Positions 10,464 through 23,331 of a stretch of 64,000 nt of DNA are shown piece by piece; position 1 is the first letter of the stretch, and the number at the start of each line of letters is the position of its first letter. Location: positions 8,866,001-8,930,000 of the forward strand of contig NC_135254.1 of NCBI RefSeq assembly GCF_964204865.1, written 5' to 3'. The translations under genes and the position numbers were made by a program. The DNA comes from Styela clava (taxonomy: Eukaryota). Under the pieces are notes generated by a model, which ran no database searches, had not been told where the DNA came from, and saw only the letters and a list, made by a program, of their open reading frames with translations.

Positions 10464-12399
10464 TCAATTTTCAGAAAGGATCTTTTTCATTAGTATATAG
10501 TTGACTTTTGGAAACCTAAACAAATTAGGCCACGGCTTTTCAACCACAATTTTAAAACCGTTCTTTTTATACAGATTTATTGCTTCAACTCTAACGTCGC
10601 TGGTATCAAGAAATATTTCTTTGAATCCCATATTTAAAGCTTGATTGATTGCATGCAACATCAGTTCACTACCAATTCCACGACGTCTTGCATGATTCGC
10701 AACGTACATTCTCTGAAAATGAAAAAATTAGAATTCACATTGTGTAGTAAAGTTAAGTTAATAACGAAGTAGCTGACTTACTTGCGCAAAGTGCGAATGG
10801 AAGGTCAGGAAAATTTATACCGAGTCGCACAAGCATGAATAAGTACAACATAAATTTCGTATGCTTGGGATATTTGACTCATTTTTGCTAGGCTTGAACC
10901 TCCCCCTTTTTCATCTTAACATAGAAGGCAGTGTTTTAAAATTGCAAAATATGGATGATATCCAAAATTGACTAAAACTAAGACTGATTATGGAATGAGT
11001 TGTTTATACCAAGTTCTTTATCTTTTTTTGTCTAAATTCACACTCACTTCCAAAGATACTGCAGAAGACTTGCAATCCGGAAAGTATGACAAGATTGAAT
11101 CAGGTAAATGATAAAGTGCGATACATCCAGCTATTTTCCAATCTCGTTTTTCTTGCATTTCAGCAACCCAGAATCCTATATAGTCTGCTTTGCATCCAAT
11201 TTCCTTTTTTAAATCTTCTGGTAAATATCGCCTCATATATTTCCGAAACGAATATATTCCTGAAAGCATAACGGTATATATTAGATAGTTTCTTCCTTTG
11301 TTGACTATTTGACAGTTTTCAGTTGTGTTTCTGATTTGGATTTAGGTACAAATCTGAATTTAGGTACCATTTAAACATCTCAATGGTAATTTGTCTTGCG
11401 AGGATTTTCAGGAGTTTCAGTTTAGTTGCAACAATCAAAACTTGACTGGAACTAGCTAATAGCGAGCTTAAAAAACAAGCAGTTAAATATTTTAAATTAA
11501 ATGAAGGTAAGGGATAAACCAGTTTGAAAGCGCTATCACGAAAGAGCACTCTTAAAATAATAATAAACCTAAAATTGTTGCAACTGTAGTACAAGAAGAT
11601 GTTTCCTGCGGCCAAGGGTCTGGGAAACATCTTTCAATTCCACAGTTTTGCAGCTGGGTTAAGCTAATTTTTATCATCCAGAGCAATTTATATTTGAGTC
11701 ATATCTTTTAGCAAACGGCTTTTGACTATTTCAAGTTTACATTTGGAGAGAACAGCGAGAAAAATAAATGTTACTAAAATAGAAACATATCAAAGTATAA
11801 TCACATAGTCCTCGACTCACCTATTAGTATCAATATAGCAGTTTCAAAAGACCAAACTACAACAAAAGTCAATAAACTGTTTTTATCAATCATCCAAGAA
11901 GTGAGAAATGCAACAATAGATATCCATCCCTGAAGTTAAAACATTTTAAGTGCGTATGCATGTGTTTTTTAGTAATTGCTTATTACAGATTTTTTTTTGT
12001 GGCACTGTACATTCATTCATAAAGCTATTTTTGATGCTGTTTGCTCAAGAATACGGTCAGGATTATACCAACCATACAAGAATATTTGAAAAATATTTTG
12101 TCCATGTATAAGTATTCCAGTAAGTTGATCTTGCCATCGGACCTGTTTATTGCAATTGTAGTTCTCTCTAAAATAAATTCACTTGGCGATTTTGTAGGAA
12201 TGATAGTCTAAATTCTTGATAGTGTATTTAAAAATATCAGATACATTTAACTATATTTTCCACCAACTTGTAGCTTCCAACTGCCAAAAAGCGAAGACCT
12301 ACTGGCTGTACATCCACGATTAAACATAGAATCAACAATAAGTTTGTATATGAATTGTCTGTCCTCCGTCAGTAATGCACGAATACGGAAATCTACCAT
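10464..12399 (-). CDS. NAT8/camello-like GNAT N-acetyltransferase, 233 aa (exons 12399-12268, 11929-11821, 11259-11048, 10712-10464)
   Basis: All introns are GT-AG and the frame is open. Sequence: MVDFRIRALLTEDRQ.., hydrophobic exon 2 (GWISIVAFLTSWMIDKNSLLTFVVVWSFETAILILIG), FWVAE, IAGCIAL, acetyl-CoA motif A LERMYVANHARRRGIG, motif B FLDTSDVRVEAINLYKKNGF. AATAAA on the minus strand at ~10365. Confidence 0.9.
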
Positions 12400-12460
12400 G
12401 ACGTTACAGGTGTTTTGTTAGATTTGGTTACTTAATTAAGTGACTGAAAGAATACCACGT

Positions 12461-12471
12461 ATTTATATATA
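12461..12471 (-). promoter_or_regulatory. Putative TATA box of the NAT8-like gene (also at ~25293-25303 in copy B)
   Basis: TATATATAAAT about 60 nt upstream of the ATG, retained in both copies. Confidence 0.45.
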
Positions 12472-13049
12472 GTGTAGGGACCAACTGGTTGGATGAATTA
12501 TGTAAATAGACGGAAATTTTTGAAGTAAGTGGTCCGTTCTATGCTTGGTAGATACTTCTTGCAATATAGCCTATATTAGTATTCCTAATTAACACATTCA
12601 GGCGATGTTAAAATCGTGAATCGTATTCTATCGTGAAAATCTCTGTTATAACTTTCCACTCTTAGAAGTTTGTTAGCGTCCTGCACAGTTGTAACCCTGC
12701 TCGTAGACAAGCTGCTTATAATGCTTCAAATACTCTCTCTAAATATATATTGACAAATCCTTGCCATTTTACCATGCTTACATAGCGACATGTAAAATGC
12801 AGTTTGACATAAAGAACGGGCGTTAATCATTAACCAATACAAAGTCAAACACAAATGTAGTATAGAGCTCAAAATGATCAAATGGGGATTACTATTTTTG
12901 AGAATTTCGTTCATATTTGATGGTGAATCAAATCGTAGTTAGACTGTGACAATTTGATAATATATTAACTGAGAAATAAATAAAATATGAATTAAGGAAT
13001 AAAATATAAATTAAGGAATAAAAAAGAGTAGGCATCGGTAGTATATGAC

Positions 13050-13592
13050 AACAAATATATAAGTCAGAAGATATCCATCCATCATAGTATACAAACTAAG
13101 TAAGTCCAGCGGTTCGTTGAAAACGGTGAACGTCATGAATCGATCTCAGATTTGGCAGAAGCTACACGAAATATTTGTTATGAAATAACTTCCTTGTGAC
13201 TAATTTAAGATGTTCCCAACTTCGCCAAACCACCAGATCGTCACCGCGCAACCCCAACGAGGGGCACATTTTTTAAAATTTAGATGACTTCATCGCACAC
13301 AAATAAAAATCCTTTATAACCCTCAGAAATCATTGAAATAGAGAAAAATACAATCTTTAATTACTAAAAATTTCAAAGCAATTGGTCCAGTGTTTAATGA
13401 AAGAGGCGATTTTTTATGTCAACGATAATGACATTGAGAAGAATTTCACTTGAAAGTGAAAACTTATTCCATAGAGCCCACGGATGTTTTTAAAACAATC
13501 TTTAACCACTGAAAGTAAATCCATAGGTAAAGAGAAAACGATTTCACAATAATACCTCAACTGCAAAACACGCAAAATTTCGTGTCCAATAA
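13050..13592. repeat. Dispersed repeat family R1 (non-autonomous element-like)
   Basis: Mostly absent at the paralogous site (~25855). Shares the core ctaaaaatttcaaagcaattggtccagt and the end cgtgtccaa with 26053-26447 and 34525-35167. Confidence 0.55.
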
Positions 13593-14311
13593 ATAAATAG
13601 GACAAATAAAAACAGGTCATAATATGTCGCGAGTCATGTACAAACGACACGGTGGTATCTGTAAATAAGATCAACTGAACATGGTAAACAATTTCAAAAA
13701 AATCAAATAAAAACGGAATCTCATATAACTTTCCATGTTAAAATATATTACATGCTTTTTGTATTTAATAACAATAAATATGTATATATATATATATCGA
13801 TATTCCCTAATCCGGGGTACTAATCAGAAATACAAATTATAAGAAGATATATTCTTTAATAAAACTTTGGTCCCGAACCTGCATATTAAGACCCGGCAAT
13901 ATTTGACGGGATATTTTCTCCCGTAATGAACTCATGCAAGTACAACTTAAATGAACTTCCACTAATATTTAAAGTTATAATAATACAAAACATTTCTGAC
14001 ATCCGCAAAAGTCGAATCACAATATTTATAGTTATCTAAATGTATTGAAAATCAATTGTTATCTTAATGGAGATTTCAGATTTACGTGAACGTTTATAAA
14101 TAATACGCAAATATGCAGTGTAAGTAGAATGTGCTTGATAATTTTTGGCCAATATCTCTTAAGCCTTCCCACATTGATAAACGTTTCATATACAATCTGA
14201 CAAAACTTTAATCCCATCGTAATTCGTAAGTTAATAATATCTACTTGGAATAATCTTGGAAGCCACTATAAAAAATAAAAATAAATTCAGAATTTTGATA
14301 AATGGACCTTC

Positions 14312-14908
14312 TATAGATACAGCCATTGTACATATACATCCATCCTTGCGATACAGTCATTCAGTAGATAGACCCATACTGCAAGTACATCCATTCTGCA
14401 GATACAGCTATTCTAAAGATACTGCCATTTTGCAGATATAGTCATTCTGCCTATAAAGCTTTTCTACAGATACATCCATCTGCATGTACAGTGAATTTGC
14501 AGTTGCATCCATTCTGCAGATACAGTCACTCTTCAGATACTGTCAATATGCAGATACAATCGTTATGCAGAAACAACCCTTCTGCAGAGACAGCCACTCT
14601 GCAGGTAGAGCCATTTTACAAATATAGCCATTTTACAGATACAGACATTCTATCAACACAGCCATTCCGTATGTAGAGCCACTGTGCAAATACAGCCATT
14701 TTGTAGATACAGCTATTGTGCAGATATAGCCATTCTGCAGATACAGCCAATTCTTCAAATACCGCAATCTTCAGGTACACCAATCTGCAAATACAGCCAT
14801 CCTGCAGTTAAGGACATTTGCAGGTGTAGCCATTCTGCAGATATAGGTATTTATACAGCTGCAGTCATTTTGCAGGTACATCGATTCTTCAGATTCATTC
14901 ATTCTGTC
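14312..14908. repeat. Degenerate 17-bp minisatellite (consensus ATACAGCCATTCTGCAG)
   Basis: Many diverged tandem units. The ORFs reported here are repeat translations. Confidence 0.85.
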
Positions 14909-15094
14909 TGTACAAACCTATGTCTTACGTTTAATATCAACGCGTAGACGTTTGTTCTCTCGTTCTCTCGTATGACGCTTCTACGTTGTAAGTTTGTACT
15001 TTATTTTCTCGTAGTTTCAATCGTTACTTTATTCATTATATTCAATTCGTATGTATTGCTTCACTTGCACAGTACATAAACCTGAGTTGACTTG

Positions 15095-16723
15095 TATGGT
15101 GGCCCATCGTTGTCACGCTTAAAATTGAAAAAAATAAAATAAAAAACTTAAAATAAAAAAATAATTGTGAAAAAGCATTTAAATAAAATAAAAATAAAAT
15201 GCAAAAAAAAAATTAAAAATAAAAACGAAAATAAAATAAAATTATAAAAAAATTATGAAAAAAAAACGTGAATAAAAAAAAAATACGAATGTTGACAACG
15301 ATGGGCCGCCTCGTGGCCCATCGTTGTCACGCGTTTTTATTTTGAGAAAATTTGCTACGGCTTGGGACCAACGTTGTCATGCATAATTCTACTCGCACAA
15401 ACGGTGTTCCCTGGGTTTGTCATTGACATGGTGGTCGATATAATATATTTTGAAATATCGCAGACATCGATCCAAAGTACTCAAGCCCTAACCATATCGC
15501 GCATTGTCTCTTCTTAGGAAATTAAGCATTCCTTGTCTTTTTAATCCGTCTTGAACGTATCTCTTCACCGCAGCTTCCAACTGCTCATCATGTTTCTACT
15601 CGTCAGACATTTTTAGATATGATCTCAAATGTATCGATATATCTGTAAGTCTTTTAAATAAACAATCAACATGTTATTAAAGTAGTATATTCACTCTTGA
15701 TATGAAACCATTGGGCCTTGGACGTTGCCATAATATTCAAGCCTGTTTGTTGTCTACTAAAGATTATCACATCAGACATGCAGACATTTAACACAAGAGT
15801 GAGTTTGTTGGGTAATTTGAATATTGATGTTCGAACATTCAACTATTACGGTACTTGAATTTATTTAGTCTCGCGCACGGTAGGTAGTCTATCTGTCTAT
15901 AACAACATCTAACTTATAATTTATATATCCACAAAAATTTATTTTGAAGTTAGGTTTAAGGAGCATCATTATCAGCAAAAAAGTTTGACGCGCCATTGGC
16001 TGTACCCTCATGACAATTACAATAACCGGTACCATGCTGGTAATTAATATTACGCACAACCTGTAACTGGCTGCGATCAATCCATCCCTCGATTCACTAT
16101 ATTCTACTAGCTAGACTATCCGTATCTCCCATTCGTTTCTTGATTGATTGCATGGGTACAGGTACTGTCAGACGGTACCGGTATCGCGAGAGTGCCCGGC
16201 CAGCTGAGCAGCATTCTCCAATTCAATTACCTTCTACACGTGAAAACAAATTTCCCGTATTTTCGTACTCAATTCTATATTCTCTTATCATTATTATAAA
16301 TATATTACTTCTAGTTGAACTTGTAGCATGGACAATTTATGAATTTATAGAACATTTTCGTTTTGAATTTATTGAATATTGCTCAATAAAATCAGTAGTG
16401 AGTTAGAAAACCAGGAAACACCGTTTGTGCGCGTAGGATTATGCATGACAACGTTGGTCCCAAGCCGAAGCAAATTTTCTCAAAAATAAAACCGCGTGAC
16501 AATGATGGGCCACGAGGCGGCCCATCGTTGTCAACCTTTGTATATTTTTTTAAACACGTTTTTTTTTTTTTTTTTTATAATTTAGTTTTTATTTTATTTT
16601 CGTTTTTATTTTAAATTTTTTTTTTCTCATGTTTTTTTCACAACTATTTTTTTTATTTTACTTTTATTTTAATTTTTCATTTTTTTTTTTCAATTTTAAG
16701 CGTGACAACGATGGGCCACCATA
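15095..16723. mobile_element. Non-autonomous IS3EU-type DNA transposon, 1,629 bp, ~320-bp modular TIRs, 6-bp TSD GACTTG
   Basis: Termini TATGGTGGCCCATCGTTGTCACGCTTAAAATTG..CAATTTTAAGCGTGACAACGATGGGCCACCATA. gacttg at 15089-15094 and 16724-16729. Empty site gagttgacttgtatctg at ~27780 in copy B. TAY..RTA termini with a 6-bp TSD fit IS3EU. Confidence 0.85.
15419..15610 (-). pseudogene. N-terminal remnant (HTH/Clr5-like region) of an IS3EU-type transposase/integrase
   Basis: MSDE*KHDEQLEAAVKRYVQDGLKRQGMLNFLRRDNARYG*GLSTLDRCLRYFKIYYID. The two stops fall where Trp is expected (WK.D, YxWSLxTLDRRLRxF). Confidence 0.65.
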
Positions 16724-16787
16724 GACTTGTATCTGAACACTTGTAATACACAATTGCACCGTTAAAGCGTTGTTGATATTTCCGACG

Positions 16788-17018
16788 GTTCTATTACATT
16801 TGTACATTTACAACATACGTACATTTGAACCCGTAATTTCAACCCAAGACAATTGCACCTGCATATTATTGAACCTATGGACATTTGTACCTACGTATAT
16901 TTGAACTATACTAACACTAACCCGTGAATTTTAGCACCCGCATATAGATTGAACCCGCGGAGGTACGGATGCAAATGTATGGGTTCAAATGTACGTGGGT
17001 TCAAATGTGCTGTCACCA
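16788..17018. mobile_element. MITE-like element with ~15-17-bp acatttgaaccc subrepeats in both orientations
   Basis: Forward acatttgaacccg units on the left and inverted gggttcaaatgt units on the right, ending tgctgtcacc. Paralog at 27844-28074. Confidence 0.6.
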
Positions 17019-17686
17019 TTTTCGACTGTTTTATGTTGTATATTGGGACAACAGAAAAGCTGAGTATTTTGCCAGTATTTTAAAGACAGTTCAATAGTTG
17101 TTTAGCGAGGAAGACGGTCATTACTATTACTCTCGATCGCCGTCGCCTTTAAACCCCGCTACGTTACAAAATGTATTGACCAATGGGAACAGTGCAATCA
17201 AATATGATTGCAGTGTCCAATTGAGTAATATGAAACCTCATATTTTCGGGTTTATACTTGATATAGGAAAAGAAAAATTAAAATATACTTGAATAAAGAT
17301 GTATAATGCGCCATTAATTCTCATGGCGATTACAAGAATCTTGTTTGTTTTGTCAACCGCATCACCTAGTGGCGGTTTACTACTTCAGACATTCGACGGA
17401 GAGCGCTTACATTGTCGCCGCGATGTTCGCTTACTCCTGAATGAGGGAAGAGAAATTTTGAATTTATCTTGTTAGCTACTTATCGCTGAATGATTTTGAA
17501 ATTCATTTTTTTAGGGTTTTGTTTTTTATTGTTATCGGCTTTAAACAATTTTCAATTTTACGACGTAATCGAAATGAATGTGTAAATTAGAATCCTTGCG
17601 AGGAAATGGCGGCGATGTCCACCACGCAACCGTGCAAAAGGTGTCGCAGCAATAAGTGACCCATGCATAAGATAAACCATGTCATA

Positions 17687-18108
17687 GAGCTAATGAATGG
17701 GCAGAATATTCTATATGAGATATAATTTTTATTTTCATTATAATTGAAAACATGAACTATATTTATGACAAATTTTTGAAATGCGTTGCCAATAAACCCT
17801 TATTCTTACAATATTAAAGGGCGGAATAAATCTATTTTGAATAGTTAACTTTATTCTGGCTTTAGATTATTGTTCGTTTTCATGTTTGAAATCAAATGTA
17901 TACAATAAATGTTAATGTTTCTTGCTTGTTTTTCAATGGTATTCCAGTAGTATGCGGAAAAAGGGCGATAATACCGAATATTTCCTTCACAAGAAATGCC
18001 ATAATATGACACTGACAAGAAATTTTCTAAATTTAATAAACATATTTTCAATTAACATATTAGTTTCGAAAAATCAGATAACACAAACTTATGTGAGCGT
18101 GACAGCTT
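17687..18108 (+). repeat. Third, more diverged copy of the P4 3'-flank at the junction of the duplication
   Basis: gcagaatattctatatgagatataat...gagcgtgacagct matches 9660-10055 and 22598-22940. Confidence 0.8.
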
Positions 18109-18561
18109 GTTTCCAATATATTCATTGGAAGAAAAAAAAACTGGTCACTTCTGGATATCTCATCTTTTCGAACACCTTTGGATCATAATCAGAGAAGCAA
18201 CAGACGTTTCTCTTCATCACACATTTATTGCTATGTATTATGAAAATTTGAATTCGTTATTCAATTATATTTGATAACAACTATTAGATTGTATATAACA
18301 TATTACTAGTTAGATGAGACAATGACAATATAATTCACAAAGACAGTGACGAAAATTGAAGTTTTATCTAAATTTAAAAAGTCATATTAGGAGTGAAAAA
18401 TAATTGTGACAAGTGAAATTTCAATTCTTTGATCAATTCGATCTATTAATTTGATTCTTAGTTCTAATTACAACTGAGCTAACCCAGATGTTGAAACGTT
18501 GATGTAACCCGTTGACATCACAGTTAGTACATTTTACTTTTAAAATTCATCACCTACTCAC

Positions 18562-18958
18562 CTGGGGTGTTATAATCATGGTCAGGTAGAGCCGAACAAG
18601 AAAGAAATTGTACTTTTTAAAAAGAATTTTTTTTGAAAAGGCTCAAAGTTCGCTCCATAATTAGGGCATATGTAAGAAGAATAAATGAATATAATAAGTG
18701 CAAGAAAAAAACTTTAACTTGTGAATTGGATACTGCTTCTACAAGATTTTACTCAATGATGTGATTCAAGCAAGTAGTTGAAACACATAGCAATATTATC
18801 TTTCAGATATATTTAGGAAACAAAATAAAAAATATCACGAAATTTCATTCGCATTACGTACAGCCTGGTGGTCCATGGCGATCGATCGCAATGACTTGTG
18901 TAAAGAACTGAAACATGCTGAACAGAATCGTGAGAAGAATGAAATTTGTATTTGCCAA
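18562..18958 (-). pseudogene. Peptide family member P2' (exon 1 18958-18862, exon 2 18591-18562)
   Basis: ..QVIA-IDRHGPPG|gtacgt, with a TTG start and cgg acceptor. Exon 2 reads SLPDHDYNTP|gtgagt. Confidence 0.6.
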
Positions 18959-20055
18959 TCTTGATATTTGGTTATTGACTGTGAAAATTGGCCTTTTCCT
19001 GAACAAAGAATCATTTTTTACGAAAAAATAAATCTTGTTAGAAATATATTGACTGAAGGTTTCTTCGAATATTTGTGAGAACTTCAAGTGGATATTATCA
19101 TGTACCCTATTAGCTTGCATGGAGATCAATACAAGAAATTTATTTATTGAAAAATTTTGGTTCAGTTGCTAGCATTAGGAAACAACTAAAGTGGTTATAT
19201 ATGGAATATTCTTAGTTTTTAGGTTTTTAAACCTCGTGTGTGTTAAACAATAAAAGGTTTTAGCATTGGTCTTGAAAAAACATTTGAAACATTTTACAAA
19301 TTTTCGTCTAGTAAAGACAATTACTTCAATCCTGATATATTTTATCCTGGATAACAAATACTATGTTCATATCTCACTTAAAGTTTCTGGTATTTGTAGA
19401 AATGCAGGCTGCAGATTCCGAAAATCTAGGCGACTTATGAATGATAGAAATAATATTATATTCCAGCATTATATATAGCTTTGAGATTCAGATAACTCAA
19501 TTAATGGGGTAAAATACCCTCGCATTTCGAAGTAGTCAATCTCATAAAGCTGATAAAGGATATGAAATTCAACAGTATTTCCAGTTATAGTTTCAAATTT
19601 TTCTCATCGCATTCTTTATCCTTTCGAAATGAAGGTATGTGCTTGGATTACACTGATTTGTGCAATTCGTCGCCATTAAGCTGTTTCCGTAACGCGTTGG
19701 TTTTCCGGTTTAATTTAGTCGTAAATATCAATCACAAATATAATTGATAACGCTGTTGACGCTTTTGAGTTCCTGGAGGCTCCGAGGAGAAGTGAATAGG
19801 GTCGAAGTAGAGAGTTTTTTGAGGTTTAAGTTTGAAAGATTAAAAGCAGGAACTTGACGATGGATTTGAAAAAATAAATCTTAAAGTGTTGAGACAGTGG
19901 GTTCAGGATAAGTTTGTAAATATTTGACTTTAAGTAACAACTCGAGCAGCTTATACAACACGTTATCAGAGACAGATTTAGTACAATCGTTTTTTCTTCA
20001 AATTAAATTATATTTTTCAGTAAAATTCAATTTACAAGAAAAAGAAAAACTAACA

Positions 20056-20466
20056 ATGGCAAATAAAAATCTCTTTCTTCTTATGACTGGATTTCTGTTT
20101 GTTATATTTCTAATCATCATGCAAGACAATGCGCAAAGAAAAACCGCCTGCTGCAGGCAGTACGTAGTGGATGTTAAACTTTGTCAAATGCTGTGTGTAT
20201 ATTCGAATGTTTTCTCTCGATTTAAATGTTTTCTGTTTAAACAATATCATTCGTAAGCGCAATATCTTGATAACATTTTGAAAAAATCATACCTTTTCAT
20301 CTCTTTATACTTTTTTCACTAGTAACACAGGTGCTGGATGTTGTTTAATTTATCCAGCGCTTATTATTCAAACAAACATTGATCACTTTGAAAAAAATTT
20401 AAAACTCGTTTTATCTAATTTTAGTTGTTGATAGAGACATTTGAAATCTACCGATTTTGGCTAGAA
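20056..20466 (+). pseudogene. Peptide family member P3' (duplicate of 7109-7519)
   Basis: Exons look identical to P3. Confidence 0.6.
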
Positions 20467-21208
20467 GTAAGTATATGAAAAGTTTGTTATTTATTACGTT
20501 CAAACAATTGATTCTTATCATTTTATTCACAGTACCTTGATGATATAGCCTGAAACGTCATAGTTAGGCATTATTCACCCATATTATTACTACATAGGTG
20601 ATCTGGAGAAAATGGGTTTTGAAACCGAGATGTCTTACCTTCCACGCCAAGATTGCAAAGATAAATGCTTTAATTGATATGACATCCGTTCAGCTTCTCT
20701 CAGAGGTGCTGCTTGTATTGATTGTCATCCATTACCTTTCAACCGTTTCCAGAGCGGACTTTTTCCGGTTTCAATCTTCAAGTTTCATTGCAGTCGATAA
20801 ATCAAACGACTGGAAAGATCTCCTGCAGATCTTGTATTTTTCAATCCTTATATATGTAAAGGTAGTGAATTCACTGAGATATAGGTTCGAAAGCTGAATG
20901 AGAGATGCGGTAATGAATTCGAAAGTCTGGAAGACAAGTCAAATTTTATTTTTCTAACCTGAACCTCGATGCTATCGATAAGGTTGCCGAGAGTGGAAGT
21001 CAGGTTTAAAGGTCAAATAGGAAGAATGCGCTTGTTTTTTCAGAAGAAGTTGTAATCTCAAAAAACAGATAAATAAAATTGTTAGAGCCTTTTGATGAGC
21101 AAATCATATCGTAATGTCGCTGTATAAATTTGGCGATCTAGTTCAAAATACTTTGATGAAGAGCGTCTATGGCCTAGCGGTGAAAGGGCGAGACTTACTC
21201 GCAGATTG

Positions 21209-21419
21209 AATTGATGTTGCATGCAATCAATCAAGCTTCAAATATGGGATTCAAAAAAATATATTTTGATACCAGCGACGTAAGAGTTGAAACAATTAAT
21301 CTCTACAACTAGCACGGTTTCAAAATTGTTGTTGAAAAGCCGTAGCCTAATTTGTTTAAGATCTCAAAGGTCAGCTATATCCTAATGAAAAGGTTTTTGC
21401 TAAAAATCGACACGTATAA
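21209..21419 (+). pseudogene. NAT8-like exon-4 pseudogene fragment (copy B)
   Basis: Same stops and frameshift as 8265-8475. Confidence 0.85.
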
Positions 21420-21929
21420 TGGCACAAGTGATGACATCGCAGATTAAAAATTTCGGGCTCAAATCCCTCCTCCTCCACCCCACCCAGAGTATAATAAATT
21501 GGGTAAGTAATGCCGACCTGGAAAAATTCCGGTTCTTGTTAATAAATAGTAGATTCCTTACACATCCTTAGATATTAGTGGATCCTTGTACAGGGCTTTG
21601 TTTGGATCGAAAATCACATATGGTATACAATGCCTCCATGGCGACTCTGACTGACTTTGGGACTTTACTAATGTTTCAGATTCCCTGCTATCCACTGGAT
21701 AGTATCCAGCCATTTGGGCAAAAAATAATTGTATAATTTTGTAAAATTAACTTCGCCTATTACTTGAGAACATGCAAATAACATCATTTATTGCAACGAA
21801 AATTTTATAGATAGATACACAGACATTTGTGGTAACTTGCAGTTATAATATTTGTTTAATAAACTGATGTTTTTGTTATAAATTTAAATTTACGAGAAAC
21901 TTTACATAAAATCAATAGTTTGTTCAACA

Positions 21930-22391
21930 ATGGCTAGTACTTATCACCTGTATGCTGTGATTGCACTGATGCTTTTTACATTTATCTTCTTTGTGCAAGT
22001 TGACGCGAAACTTACAAGACTACCCCAACAAGGCTGTAAGGAACCATGTATTATATTGTCTGTTGAACATATATATTTATTCTAATACATACTTTTAGAA
22101 TTCCTAAAAAATTTGTTTAATTACGTAAATACATACGTCTGTTCAAACTACGTGCTGTAAATGCTTGTGAATAATTTTATTGTTTATTCTTAATATTCTG
22201 AAGCTTTTATAAAATCTCCAACATCATATATATACGACTGACTAGCGTTTAATTTCTCTATTTTGCGGATTCACTCATAACACGGAAAAATTACTGATAC
22301 CATTTTCATTGACGATTAAACTTTAACACATGTTTTTATTTTAGTATCTGATTCAGATAATTGGCTCAGCTCCGACTCAATTCACGGATAG
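21930..22391 (+). CDS. Small secreted peptide precursor P4', 50 aa (exon 1 21930-22035, exon 2 22345-22390, 3' exon from 22537)
   Basis: MASTYHLYAVIALMLFTFIFFVQVDA|KLTRLPQQGLSDSDNWLSSDSIHG*. Canonical splice sites and AATAAA at ~22589. Confidence 0.72.
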
Positions 22392-23331
22392 TACGTATTT
22401 TTTGTTTTGTTTATTTTAGTGTTTACATATTTAGTTGATACAATAAAAATAGCATTAGTATATACATAATAAAACTATAAAACTTTGCTTGTCACAATTA
22501 TTTGTCACCAGTAACATAAATATTTCTTAATTTCAGGTAAACCTCGATTTTCTTCATGTTTTATCTTCATTCATCGTGCTATGAGCTAATAAATCAGCAG
22601 AATATTCTATATGAGATATAATTTGCATTGTCATTATAATTGCAAACATGAACTATATTTAAGACAATTTTTTAAAATGCGTTGCAAATAAACTTTCATT
22701 CTTACAATATGACAGGGCGGAATAAATCCATTTTGAATATTTAACTTCATTCTGGCTTCAGATTATTGTTTGTTTCATGTTTGAAAGCAAATATATACAA
22801 TTAATGTGAACATTTCTTGCTTTTTTATTGTTATTCCAGTGATATGCGGACAAAATTTTCCAAATTTAATAAACATATTTTCAATTAACATACTATTTTC
22901 GAAAAATCAGATAACACGAACCTATTTGAGCGTGACAGCTGCTTAAAAGTTTTAACATAATCATACCAAAAATAGGCAATACATAATATCAATATGAAAA
23001 AAAAAATTAGTTACAATGGGCACTACATGCATTGACACTCATAACATATAAATGTCTACATACTATATTGGTCAACTACAACAGTTTAATTAATAAGATT
23101 ACAGTTTTGATTTCACTAATATGATTTCATATCCTACTCGCAAATTGAAATTTGATATAGAACATTTCAGTATTGTTAAATTCGTTTTCACCAATTATAC
23201 AACAAAAAACAGAATGCAATAATTTTTTAATTACTTTGACAAAAATAAATAAGATTTATTCAATGCTTGCATTTCTGTTTGTAAATGATTTTACCCCAAT
23301 TTAATTTAGGACGCTTTGCTTGTTGTTTGGG

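Larger units (their letters stand above)
5326..17680. repeat. Tandem segmental duplication, copy A (period ~12.95 kb)
   Basis: Paired ORFs 5907/18854, 6977/19924 and 7651/20598 (offset 12947). Colinear homology ends at gataaaccat (17680 / 28741). Confidence 0.95.

Noticed and set aside
10776-10830. Extra NAT8 mini-exon ending at a gtaagt donor
   Set aside because: Exons 3 and 4 already join in frame to give a canonical GNAT (SLE|RMYV), and no good acceptor was found.
14256-14947. Minisatellite as a CRISPR array or repetitive protein gene
   Set aside because: Contiguous degenerate 17-mers with no unique spacers and no cas genes, in a eukaryotic context. The unit length is not a multiple of 3.
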